From the NCBI RefSeq assembly GCF_009914755.1, contig NC_060933.1: a stretch of 64,000 nt of DNA, one strand, 5' to 3'. Positions 47,488 to 64,000 of the stretch are shown here, one piece after another. The translations under genes and the position numbers were made by a program. A model generated the notes under the pieces. That model did not search any database. It was not told the origin of the DNA and was given only the letters and a program-made list of their open reading frames with translations. Source of the stretch: the human T2T-CHM13v2.0 reference genome, Homo sapiens. Position 1 is the first letter of the stretch, and the number at the start of each line of letters is the position of its first letter.

Positions 47488-48272
47488 AATGAGTGCATTT
47501 TTTAAGAGGATTGAGGAATTGTTGAAAAATGCCAGAGAGATGTTATCACTCAAGCTTGTCTCACTCAGCCTTCTGTTCTGGGCTGTGAGGCTGTTTGACC
47601 ACTAGGGGCTCGCCATCCATGAAAGTAGCTTTGCCCTTCCCTTATTCCATTCTTGACTATCAGCTTCCTAAAGGACTAGGGCATGGGCCACAACACTTCT
47701 AATCTTTGTGGTAAGATCTGGCTGACAAGTTTACCGTAAATCATTTAAAACTTATTTTAAAATTGACTTCATACCTTTCCTGAATTGTGGAAAGTTACTT
47801 TGTTTTGTAATTATAAGATTTTTAGTTTGAACAATAATAAAAAATTTTGTGCCTGTTTTAAAACCTGCTCTGTTGTGGTAGTTTCCTAAAATGTGAACAG
47901 TTATTCTTAAAATAATGTATTTTTACAAGTTTATTAAGTAAAACCAGAAGAGTCTTAAGTAGCATTGAAAGTATTTAAAAATATGCATAACTTAGTAATT
48001 ACAATGTTTTTGTTTTTGATAGCAATTCAGAGTCCATAAACTCCCAAAGCTATGCTGGTTTTAGTTGAATGCTTTATTAATTACTTTGCCTGACTTCTTT
48101 ACCCCTTTTCTTCACCCACTGAATTCCTTTCAATGCCAAGCTTCATATAATCTAAAATGCTAGATTTTTTGCAGTGCCTTCCTGTAGACAGCCTCATTGT
48201 CAGCAGAACATGCCTATTAAGGTGTGCTGAATTGTTTTTTTTTCTCCCCAACATTTTATTTGAAAAGTGTTA

Positions 48273-48631
<359 letters not shown>

Positions 48632-49108
48632 TTAACATTTTGCCACACTTTCTTTTTCCTCCTCCTTTTTTTTTCTTTCCTTCTACTCCATCACCCTTCC
48701 TGTTACCTCTCTCAGTGGGTTTTTTGGTACTATTTAAGTAAGTTGCAGGCAACTCACCATTACCCATAAATATTTCAGAGGTATCTTCCAAAGATAAGAA
48801 CATTCTCCTACATCAGTCACCGTAATACCATTATAACACTTAAGAAGATTAACATTAATATCCCTTTCATATATTATAGTTCATTTTCAGATTGCTCCAA
48901 ATGATGTAACTCATTCTTCCCCCACCCTCCACTGGATCAGGGACCTATGGTAGTTCATGCATTGCATTTGGTTTTTATGTAACTTTTAATCTGGAACAGT
49001 TTCTCTACCTTTTTTGTTTTTTATGGCATTGACTTTTTTGAAGAGTTCAGGCCAGTCATCTTACAGAATTTCCCATATACAAAATTAACTTTTTAATACA
49101 TATTTTAA

Positions 49109-49396
<288 letters not shown>

Positions 49397-49896
49397 TAAG
49401 ACAGAGGTGGCAAGAGCAGCATAATGAGACGATTTTTATCAGAAAAACCAGACATTGAGGGTCGTAACAGTTTAATGTCAGTTTAGAAAACAAAAACAAA
49501 AAAACTCCATGAATATTTTCTTCTTTCCTGTTTAAAGTTTAGATCCCTATTCCCTAAACTAAGGAAAGATGAGAAGGAAAGTTGGTGATATATGAATGCT
49601 GAATATTTAATAGGTCTTGTAAACCTCTCCAGTCAGGAAACACGTTCCAGTAGTAAACCAAACCGTTGTCTTGAGCTTGGAAGTTAAATAAATTAGCAGA
49701 GTAACTTACACCTGTATTTGGGATCCAGGCATGCAGGATTATATTTAATTTAAACGACAATTCATTTTTATTGAGTCATCCTAAAGCCAATATCTGTTTG
49801 AATATCTGAGCAAAGCCTTTACATTTTTAGAAGGGGAAAATATGAATTTTCTACTGTGAATAATTTTATTGCATTTAACATTACCATTTTTTATAA

Positions 49897-50091
<195 letters not shown>

Positions 50092-50387
50092 TAAGGAAGG
50101 CTGTTGCTTCCCCATTCTTCTATTTAGTGTAGCTATCCAGCTGGAAGTTAAATTTCTAAGGAAAGACCCCTTGAAACCTTAATCTCCAAAGGTCACTGGT
50201 TGGTTGTTATTTGCTTATTAAAGTGCCTATTGAAATTAGGTTTCCAATACAAAATTCTGGTGCATTTGCGAACTCTCAGAGAACTATTAATTAGGCAATT
50301 GAAAGCAAAACTTGTCAGTAAAAAAATGTGTGTTTGAGTGGTTCAAAGAACTAACCATATCATTTATATATTTGCTAATTGCTTATT

Positions 50388-50677
50388 GTTTTTTTTTGAG
50401 ACAGAGTTTCCCTCTGTTGCCCAAGCTGGAGTGCAGTGGTACAATCTCGGCTCACTGCAACCTCTGCCTCCCAGGTTCAAGTGATCCTTCTGCCTCAGCC
50501 TCCTGAGTAGCTGGGATTATGGGCGCCTGCCACCACACCTGGCTAATTTTTGTATTTTTAGTAGAGACGGGGTTTCACCATGTTGGCCAGGCTGGTCTTG
50601 AACTCCTGACCTCGTGATCTGCCCGTCTTGTCCTCCCAAAGTGCTGGGATTACAGGCGTGAGCCACCAGGCCCAGCC
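50388..50677 (-). mobile_element. AluS
   Basis: TSD taattgct(t/c)att. Confidence 0.9.
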
Positions 50678-51592
50678 TTAATTGCTCATTCTTTAAAAGT
50701 GGCTATTAATATCTCTAATAGAGAAGACAATTTGGAGGATAGCTAAAACAAGTAGATGCTCAAAAAGAATCAAAATGGCTAATATTGTGGCATTCATTAA
50801 TTAGCAGTCTGCATCACCTCTTCCCTTTTAAAGAGCTATATTCATTATCTGAATATGAATTATACATAGGATAACATTTTAACCTTGTAAAAATTGCCAA
50901 TAAAAATAGTTAATCACAGTATATTCTACTGAACCATCTACTGTTGCTTTTATGCAGAGAAGTTTAGAAAATATTAAGTTACGAAGTTGTAAAGCAGACT
51001 TTTGTTGATTTTTTTTTTAAAGGAATTTCTTTGTAAAACCTTAAAACTTAATTCACTTTCCAGTGTATCAGAAGTTGTTGATGACTGTTACGGGTGCAGT
51101 GCAGGAAAACAAAAGGAGCATGAGAAATAATGCCAGCATGTTAGGGGGTTTGCAGTTTATTTCCTTGCTACTCAGTATGTGGTCCTCATCCCCCAACCCC
51201 TGACCCCAATAGCATCTGCATAATCAGGTAACTGGATAGAATTGCAGAATCTCAGTCTCCCCTCAACTGCCCCACAACAACTGCATCCTAACAAGATTTG
51301 TATGCACCTTAAAGTTTGAGAAGCATTGGGCTGCTTGGGAAGAATTAGTGTATACATCTATGATCCAATAATAGAATTTTGACTCTTCTGTAGCAGCTTT
51401 GATGGAAAATGAGACAAAAGAGAAATACACAATTCTAAATTTGCCTTCCCCTTTATTAATTAATGCCTTTCCCTTAAAACGAGCAAGTTTTTCTCCAGGG
51501 GAGGACTATTAGACTAATAGCACATTTCCTGCCTACCTCGTTTCCATTTCCCGTGTTTCCTACCCAGAGAATAGTGCAATTTCTCTGGGTAG

Positions 51593-51754
<162 letters not shown>

Positions 51755-51855
51755 TAAGATGACATGAATATTCTCTTGTACATGTCATTGTGAATGTACA
51801 CACATATGTATTTATGAAACTGTTATCTCTTGAGACATTTACGTATGACATGTGA

Positions 51856-52405
<550 letters not shown>

Positions 52406-53056
52406 ACACATATATGTAAATACATAGATATGTATACATATATGTATGCATGTGTGTATATATGTATACAGATATGTATGTACATGTATATGTGTATGTA
52501 TAGATAAGTGTGTACTTAATTCCAGAGGGTGGCTGAAAGGGAAGAAGGAAATAAAAAATTATATATGGAAGAGGCCTTCCTTTCTCTCTTTTGACGTTGA
52601 CAAAATATAAAATAATAGCCTTGTCTAAATGCCATTAGAATTGGTCACACTTTGTCATATTTGATGAGTTGAGGTCATTGTTTTCTCCCATCCTTGATCC
52701 TGACCTCTTCCCCCAACCCTTCCCCACCACCCTACAATTATCATCATAATTTTATATTCATAAATATTTAAGGGGAAACAGTATCATTATTGTATGTTTT
52801 TTAAGTTGTTAAAAATTCTATGTTCTTGTGCATGTGATTGTACACCTTGCATTTTAGAGGTTCATTTTTTATCTCTTGTATTTTGAGAAACCATTGGCAC
52901 CTGCTAATACTTCAGAGTTAAACGGCACTTTAGAGACTTCTTTTTGTTTGTGGTGACATATGTGGCATAGACTTACATTTTTTGTGGATTTTGTGATTTT
53001 TCTATTTAGAAACGCACTCTTGTTAGTCCAGATTGATAACAGTAGATGTTTCTTAA

Positions 53057-53188
<132 letters not shown>

Positions 53189-53944
53189 TGAAATCCAGAA
53201 GAGTGGTGGTTTTTGCCTAGATGGTGATTTTGTACACTGTCAGCCACCTGTAACCAATCCCCATTGGTAGTGCTTATGAGAAAGAGGAATGATTTGTGGG
53301 AACAGCAAAATGCGGAAGTGGGTGAACTTTGTGATGTTAATGTTGTCTGTTTACCTACCTATCTAGCTACCTTTCCAGAGTGTTACTCTGAATATTTGCG
53401 TTTGTCAGATAAATTCACTCCCAAATAGGTGAAGTATTTATTGCTAAACTACGGTGCCCTGTGGTGACTGCACTGATGTGATGGTCCCAGTGTCAGTCCG
53501 TGTGGGGGAGGGAGGAGGAGTGCTGCTGCGCTCTGCACTTGATAATCAGAACCCCTAGTTCAGCAGGGTTCAAGGGCAGCAGCCTCCTGGATTAGGATTC
53601 TGCTTCTTTGTACCCAGACTGTGTCTTTATTTGACAAGAATGCAGTGCAAGCGGGCCTTCCTTTGGAAGAATTTTAGCCCTAACTCTGCCCTTTATTTGC
53701 TTTCTCATCTTGAAAGAGTTGCTGTAAAGATTCTATAATTCTATGTCTTCACCAGTAACCAGGGACCTACTGATACTCATCTCATGGTCCCAAGAAAGAT
53801 AAAATTGTAGGATATATGAGATAGATGAGAAAAATGAGAGGGCTTTGTAAACTATAAATCACTCTGTAGCTAGAAGAAATTAAATCTCTCATTTGCTAAT
53901 GTTGTTCTCCCTTTTAAAAAATATCTCCCATCTTTCCTTTCTGA

Positions 53945-54136
<192 letters not shown>

Positions 54137-54987
54137 TAGAAGTTACTTGTAAGGAGTGCACTTTTCTGGGTGTTCTTTCTGTAAGGGAAGACAAAATGGT
54201 TCAGCTGGTGAAATAGAGCAGCTGCAAGTTTGTTGATGCCCAGCATTGAAGTCTCTGTATTCCTCAAATGCGTCCTGTCTTCTCAGTCTTGGAACCCAGA
54301 ACTCATCCATGTATCTGTGAGAACTGATAGTGTTTCTGCCCTTGCCAAGATTTTATTAGTCTGATTAATGTGAAAATATTGAGACTCTAAGTAAGCACTT
54401 ACAGGAAAGATTTTTCAAAAAGATTTTTCTGATTTTTGCTTTTTTCACTGTGTTCCCCCTGCCTGCCATCTTTCTTAAGGCAGTGTCCTGAAATTGAACA
54501 AAGGTGAGTGGTTGGCATCAGACTGGGTGATTGGAATTTCGTCCCAGCCTCTGATTAGTTCTGTGACCCTGGTTCACCCTGAGACTCAGGTTTCTGTATC
54601 TGTTTAATGGGGATGAGAATACCTGCCTCGCAGGGACTGTGGGAAGATTAGACCAGGTAACACTTACAAGGCACCTAGCAGAGTTCCCTGGCACAGAATA
54701 GGAAGGTGAGTGTCCATTCTTTTTTCTTATTGGAAGATAACAAATAGCTGCTACTCAATGTTATTTACATCTAAAATTGTCCAAGAAAGGGAATTCCTGG
54801 TTAATCAAATATTGATACTTTTAAAATTACTATGTGTTTGTATAATCTGTTAAGGAATTAAAAAATAACTCAACTTGACATTTGTGTATGTGTGTGTGTG
54901 TGTGTAGCATTCTTTGTTGACTTCGGAATAAATTTCAAGAACATCAAGTATCTCCTTACAATAAAAATATAGAGTACTAGGGAACTG

Positions 54988-55276
<289 letters not shown>

Positions 55277-57370
55277 TGGGAACTGTCTTCATTGGAATTT
55301 CTTCCTGCTTCTGCAAACTTGCAGTTCATATATATGAGGTTTTTTTTTTCTTGTTAATGTTAGTAAAAAATCCATATGTAGTAAACTAAGGGGTCTGGTA
55401 GGGGCTTCTAGGCTCCAAGGAGAGGGGAGAAAAAAGTTCTAGAATTCTCAAGGAAGCAAGCAGCAGCAAAGTACAAAAGCAGGTGGCCCCCTTCCTTCTT
55501 GGCCCCGTTGCAGTATTTCAGATTTCATTTCTGGAGCAGATGAAGGGCAAACCTTGATCATGAGCTTTGCAAAAGCTTTTCAGTGAAATTCTAGACCCTC
55601 CTTGGCCCTGGTCAGGATCTAGAAGACTATGTACCTGCACGAACCTCATGTTGCCTTATGATCCTAGGAAATACCACTCACCAAATGTTACTGATGAAAA
55701 CCCATCTGAGTGCCAGCTCATACCAGTTTACTCTTTGCATATATGCTGATGAAGGAAAAAGGCATTTTTTCTAACTATTGTGAGGCCATAGGATGATAGC
55801 TAGAAATGTGGAGCTTTTGCTCATTAAGGTTCAATGATAAAATATTTTCGTATGTTCAGGGGCTGGGAGATTTTCTAAATTTCCGTGAAGAAAAGTAGTG
55901 AATTCACCTAGAGGCTTGGCAGTCAGACCTCTCTGTAAGTTGTTGTTAGATGGGGAGAGTCGCTTTGGTGGATAAAAAGTCATGGTATCAGCATTTATAC
56001 TTAAGGTGTTTTGTTTCTTGTTATCACCCTGGCAACACGGAAGGAACTCTGGGAACTGGCTTCTTTTGCTGTCATCCCATATGGAGGTCAGGCAATAGGT
56101 GGTCCTCATTTCTTGGGTGCGAATAAATTTTCTGTTGACTACAAAAGAAGCTTTCAGTTCTAGAAAGGGGTGAAAAAGATTGAGTTTGCCTACGAGGGCG
56201 GAGAAGCTGCTGCACAATACTAAGCTGTGGCTGATACAGGATCCTCTTCAGGCTCACAGCAGACACGGCTAGACCCTGTAGACTACTAAATAGCTAATCA
56301 AAGAGGATATTTATTGGAAAGGACTGTTCAATGTAACCTTCAAGTAGAAAAGTGCTGCCCTAGCCTTTTTTCACTTTAATTTGTTTCAATGCTCCTTTTC
56401 ATGGCCAAATTGAATATATAAAGTGAGCCTTATACACATGCTAATCACTTTATTCTGTTGTGGGGTTTTTAAGTGTGGCTCTTTGTTTTGCAAAGGTGAC
56501 AGCCTAATGTGTGGAATGAAGACGTGAGCCAGATATGTATATTCCTTATCAATAATGGAGATATATGTGCTTTTGCTCATTCCTGCTTGGCTGAACTACC
56601 TCTTTGCTTGTTATTTATCTGATAGAGTTGTCATTTCTCTTTCAGAAACTTTTATGGGATGGAAAAGAGAAAAAAGACTTCTAAGTTTGGTTATTAACCA
56701 TGTAGATTTTTAAAATATAACTACCATGTGTGCTTTAATTTTGACCATTATAGTTTTTGGCTATCGAAGACTGTGATCGAGACTGATCTAAGGTTAATCT
56801 CTTGTGGCCAGAGAGATGGACTGAAGGACTCCCAAGGTCCTCCCACAGCCTTGTGGCCCTGTCTTATTTAAGTAAACAAATACAAGCATGTATAGTACAT
56901 GTGAAAATATACATATGGCTATATGTAGATACAGATGTAGATAAACAAATGGCACAAGAAAGGATACCAAAATGGGATGATTCCTAATTGGGGGACAGAG
57001 AGGTACAAATGACAGTACCTTAAATACTAAATACTGTTTCAAAGGAAAAATTAACTCAATTGCTTTAGCACATCACTTGATTTTAAAAGCACCAAATTAG
57101 TTTTAGTCTAATGCCGACTTTCACTTAATCATAAATTTTGGCCTTAATTAAGGCCCACCCAACTAAGGATAAGTTTCTTCTTTAATAAAGCATTACTCTT
57201 GTGATTAAAAGGATTCTGTAATTGTCAATGACTGAAGAAAATATTTCATAGGAATTTTATATCTTTATTTCTACAAAATATTATTAACATATCAGGTACT
57301 TTAATATGGTTTTTGCATTTTACTTATTTATAATTCTGTTTTAAAATAGGCTGAAAGATACAGAACTATG

Positions 57371-57668
<298 letters not shown>

Positions 57669-58245
57669 CACATAGCACTATGATTTCAAAATGTCTTGTT
57701 CTTTGTGCTACATTTCAATTTTACTTGCTTTGTAACTGTAAGGCTGATGCTCTTTAATTTGATACATACCTTTCAATTTTATAAACACATGTTAAACACT
57801 TTTAGGTGATAGAAGCTATAGGAGAAGGGTAGAATTGGTCAGAGTCTTTATTTGCACACTTTTATTTGAACCAGTTTAAAATTAGTGTAAATGCTGGGCC
57901 AGCATGCTCAGTTGTCACAGACCCCAACACTCCCCATGCTTCATACTTGTGTATTACCTTCTTGGCCACCTCTGTGAGAGACTCACAGAAGGGAGATGGA
58001 TAGAAACAACCACAAGAAATTCTATTGTGATCTGGTGACAGATCCTTGCTTCAATGGCTTAACCTCTAAGGTGCGGTTGGCAGTATGGGGAGGCAGGAAG
58101 GTATAGTGTGCAGGCCCATAGCAAGGTGCTGGGCGCGAGGACTTGAATAGTGACATTAAGGACTCATTTGCATCTTGGCTTTGCTCTGGACAGGCCCTGA
58201 TGAAAACAAACAAAAGGGTCAGTGGCATCTTACTATAAACTTCTC

Positions 58246-58311
58246 TGTTTTTTCTTTCTTTCTTTCTTTCTTTCTTTCTTTTTTTTTTTTTCTTTTTCTG
58301 TTTTTCCTTCC
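58246..58311. repeat. (TTTC)n/poly-T tract forming the exon 12 polypyrimidine tract
   Basis: Direct reading. Confidence 0.9.
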
Positions 58312-58317
58312 TAATAG

Positions 58318-58506
<189 letters not shown>

Positions 58507-58877
58507 TAGGCAAATCTGGGTATTAAAAAATTGAGATGGATCTCAACACCTAGTCCTTGGGCCCTAGGTGTGTGAAGAAAATGTGAGTGCCGTTTAACTT
58601 TCCATAAAAATGTTTTCTATGCATGCACTGAAATAATTTTACTAGTTGTGTCAATTTGGAATAAAACTGCCTTCCTGAACAGTGATGCAGCCTTATGTTC
58701 TGCCTGGAGTTATTAGTGAGTTTACATACGACATGTGCAAAGGCCATGGCTGCTGGCTGGTGCGCCTGTTACCCCTGTCCAGTCTGACAAGTTGTTTCAC
58801 CTTTCCAGGCCTTGTTCCCATCTGTTAAGTGGGTGTTGAGAGTGTCCTCCTTGTCTGCTTCAGAGCTTGATTGGCAA

Positions 58878-59722
<845 letters not shown>

Positions 59723-59867
59723 GCAAGCCGTGAAGCTGGTTATTTGTCCTTGTTCCTGTTGGAGCTGTGACTCCCATAGGACTTGTGCACTGAATGGAAG
59801 GAAGGTAAAGAGGAGATCAGAGATAGGAGAAGCTGTGTTGAGTGTCTAGTACTGTAACTTGTACTAA

Positions 59868-60113
<246 letters not shown>

Positions 60114-60775
60114 TAACAGAGATCGCATTCTCACATACCCCTTTTAATCCTTCCCCCTGCAGAAAGCTAGAGACCGCCCCCCTTCCCCCGTAAAAGGAAA
60201 CCCCACATGATGAGTTCATTACTTGTCACCATCTATTTCTTGTTTATGGAGAGTGGCCTGAACTGTAAATAGCCACCAGCCAGTTTATTGTGAGTAAATT
60301 TAGCATCATGTGGTTGGTTGCTGAATGTGGCTGTTTGAACAACTTCCTAAGGAGCATCCACTGCCTTGTACCATATACAAGAGATATACTGAATGGCCGT
60401 AGCACACCAGCACACCTCTTAGAGACAAGGTACCCTTGTCTGGTGCCCAGTCTCCATCCTTGGAGAGGTTTATGCACCCCAGTGAACACTTGGTGTTTGG
60501 CTGACAGTGCAGGAACCTAGAAAAGAGGCCTGTATTTGAGCAGGAGTTCCAGGTGTGTGTACTGTGTACCTGCATATCAGAATGGGCCAAATTTCACATG
60601 TTTATTGCTGAGCCACTTCTGGGAGATTTCACAGAGACCCAGCCTTTTTCTGCTCCCATTTGGAAGTGAAGGTCCCCACATTTCCCACCCTCTGAAACTT
60701 CTTCATTGTCAAGCGGAATCTTCTCTGAGCTCAGAAGTAAAATTGACTGGATTTGATTAATGAAATGCATGTTAG

Positions 60776-61042
<267 letters not shown>

Positions 61043-61258
61043 TGACTGGGCTCTGAGCCTGTTCACCTTTATTTTCAGACTGTATGGTCAAGTTCTAACT
61101 TATGTATGTCAGTTATGCCAAAGGCAGTTTATAGAGTTGAAATCAAATTCTAACAAGGAGCATGATTTATAAAAAGCTGTTTCAGTTCCTAAATTGAGGC
61201 TTATTTCTGCAACTTAAAAAATGTTTTAATACCACTGTTCAAGAGTTTCGGTATATTG

Positions 61259-61590
61259 GCTGGGCACTGTACCTTATGCCTATAATCGTAGCACTTTGGG
61301 AGGCCAAGGTGGGAGGATCACTTGAGCTCAGAAGTTCAAGACTAGCCTGGGCAATATAGTAAGACCTCATCTCTGCAAAAAATAAAAAAAGTTTCCATAT
61401 ATTATCAATGGGAAAGTTTGTGTTTAAAAATGGTGAGGAGCTAGGCAGTGTAGTCCCAGCTACTCAGGAGGCTTGAGGTAGGAGGATCGCTTGAGCCTAG
61501 GAGTTTGAGTTTAGTCTGGGCAACATAGTGAGATCTTGTCTCTTAAAAAAAAATCTAGGTTAGCATGTGGTTGAATGAAAAGAAAAAAAT
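61259..61590 (+). mobile_element. Two FLAM-type monomers (61259-61390, 61441-61553)
   Basis: Single left-type arms with A tails. Confidence 0.78.
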
Positions 61591-61729
61591 TGTTTTAAAT
61601 GGTGAGGATAGTGAAGGCATATTCTTCAGAACAGAGCCAAGCTGAATTGGGGAGAAACCACAGTTTCTTTCGTTTAGTTATGTTATCAAAAGCCCATACA
61701 ATACTTTTACTGCTTATCATAACAGCTAG

Positions 61730-62550
<821 letters not shown>

Positions 62551-62579
62551 TTGTCACTGTTTTCTAAACAATTATTTAG

Positions 62580-62753
<174 letters not shown>

Positions 62754-62784
62754 TAGTATCTGTACTTTTAATCATTAAATGTTA

Positions 62785-63264
<480 letters not shown>

Positions 63265-63430
63265 ACTGTTCTCTGGCAGTAACATACTGTTTTTTTTTCC
63301 AGAGTTCCCAGCATTATACCAAATAATGTGTTAATTCATTTTATCAGAAGTTCTAACACATTGGTAATATTGAAGTGGGCATTAGGTAGAAGGAAATGTG
63401 TTCTGCTTCTTGATTTAAATTTACAAGATA

Positions 63431-63735
<305 letters not shown>

Positions 63736-63803
63736 TCATAGAGCCTTTACTTATTAAAACAAAGTATTTGATGCTATATTACTTTATATATCCATTTCTC
63801 TAA

Positions 63804-64000
<197 letters not shown>

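Noticed and set aside
47597-47614. Second CTCF-like motif (CCACTAGGGGCTC)
   Set aside because: One G short, so the key GGC positions mismatch

Overview
Human (primate) genomic DNA inside the TJP2 gene (tight junction protein ZO-2), transcribed on the + strand. The window starts in the long first intron; the canonical MPVRGDRG... first exon is not in the window. It contains an alternative coding first exon (ATG 28961, two in-frame donors at 29032 and 29113) and coding exons 2-17, the last truncated by the window end. These encode PDZ1, the SR-rich linker, PDZ2, PDZ3, SH3 and most of the GUK domain. All junctions are GT-AG and phases chain into one open frame; this haplotype has Glu at codon 482. 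The introns hold about 50 Alu-family elements (my count: about 32 antisense, 18 sense), plus L1M, MIR, L2, MER/Tigger and MLT fragments. Most ORFs in the supplied track are Alu/L1 artefacts. I found no new multi-gene system. The best leads are: an abutting D-box/E-box pair and uORFs at the alternative first exon; its basic N-terminal peptide; a possible further in-frame first exon near 5983-6054; a strong-Kozak alternative ORF in Alu-bracketed exon 5; a tailless 5S rRNA retrocopy with 17-bp TSDs; and several micro-rearrangement scars. Exon coordinates are read directly from the sequence. Repeat boundaries and subfamilies are by eye and approximate.
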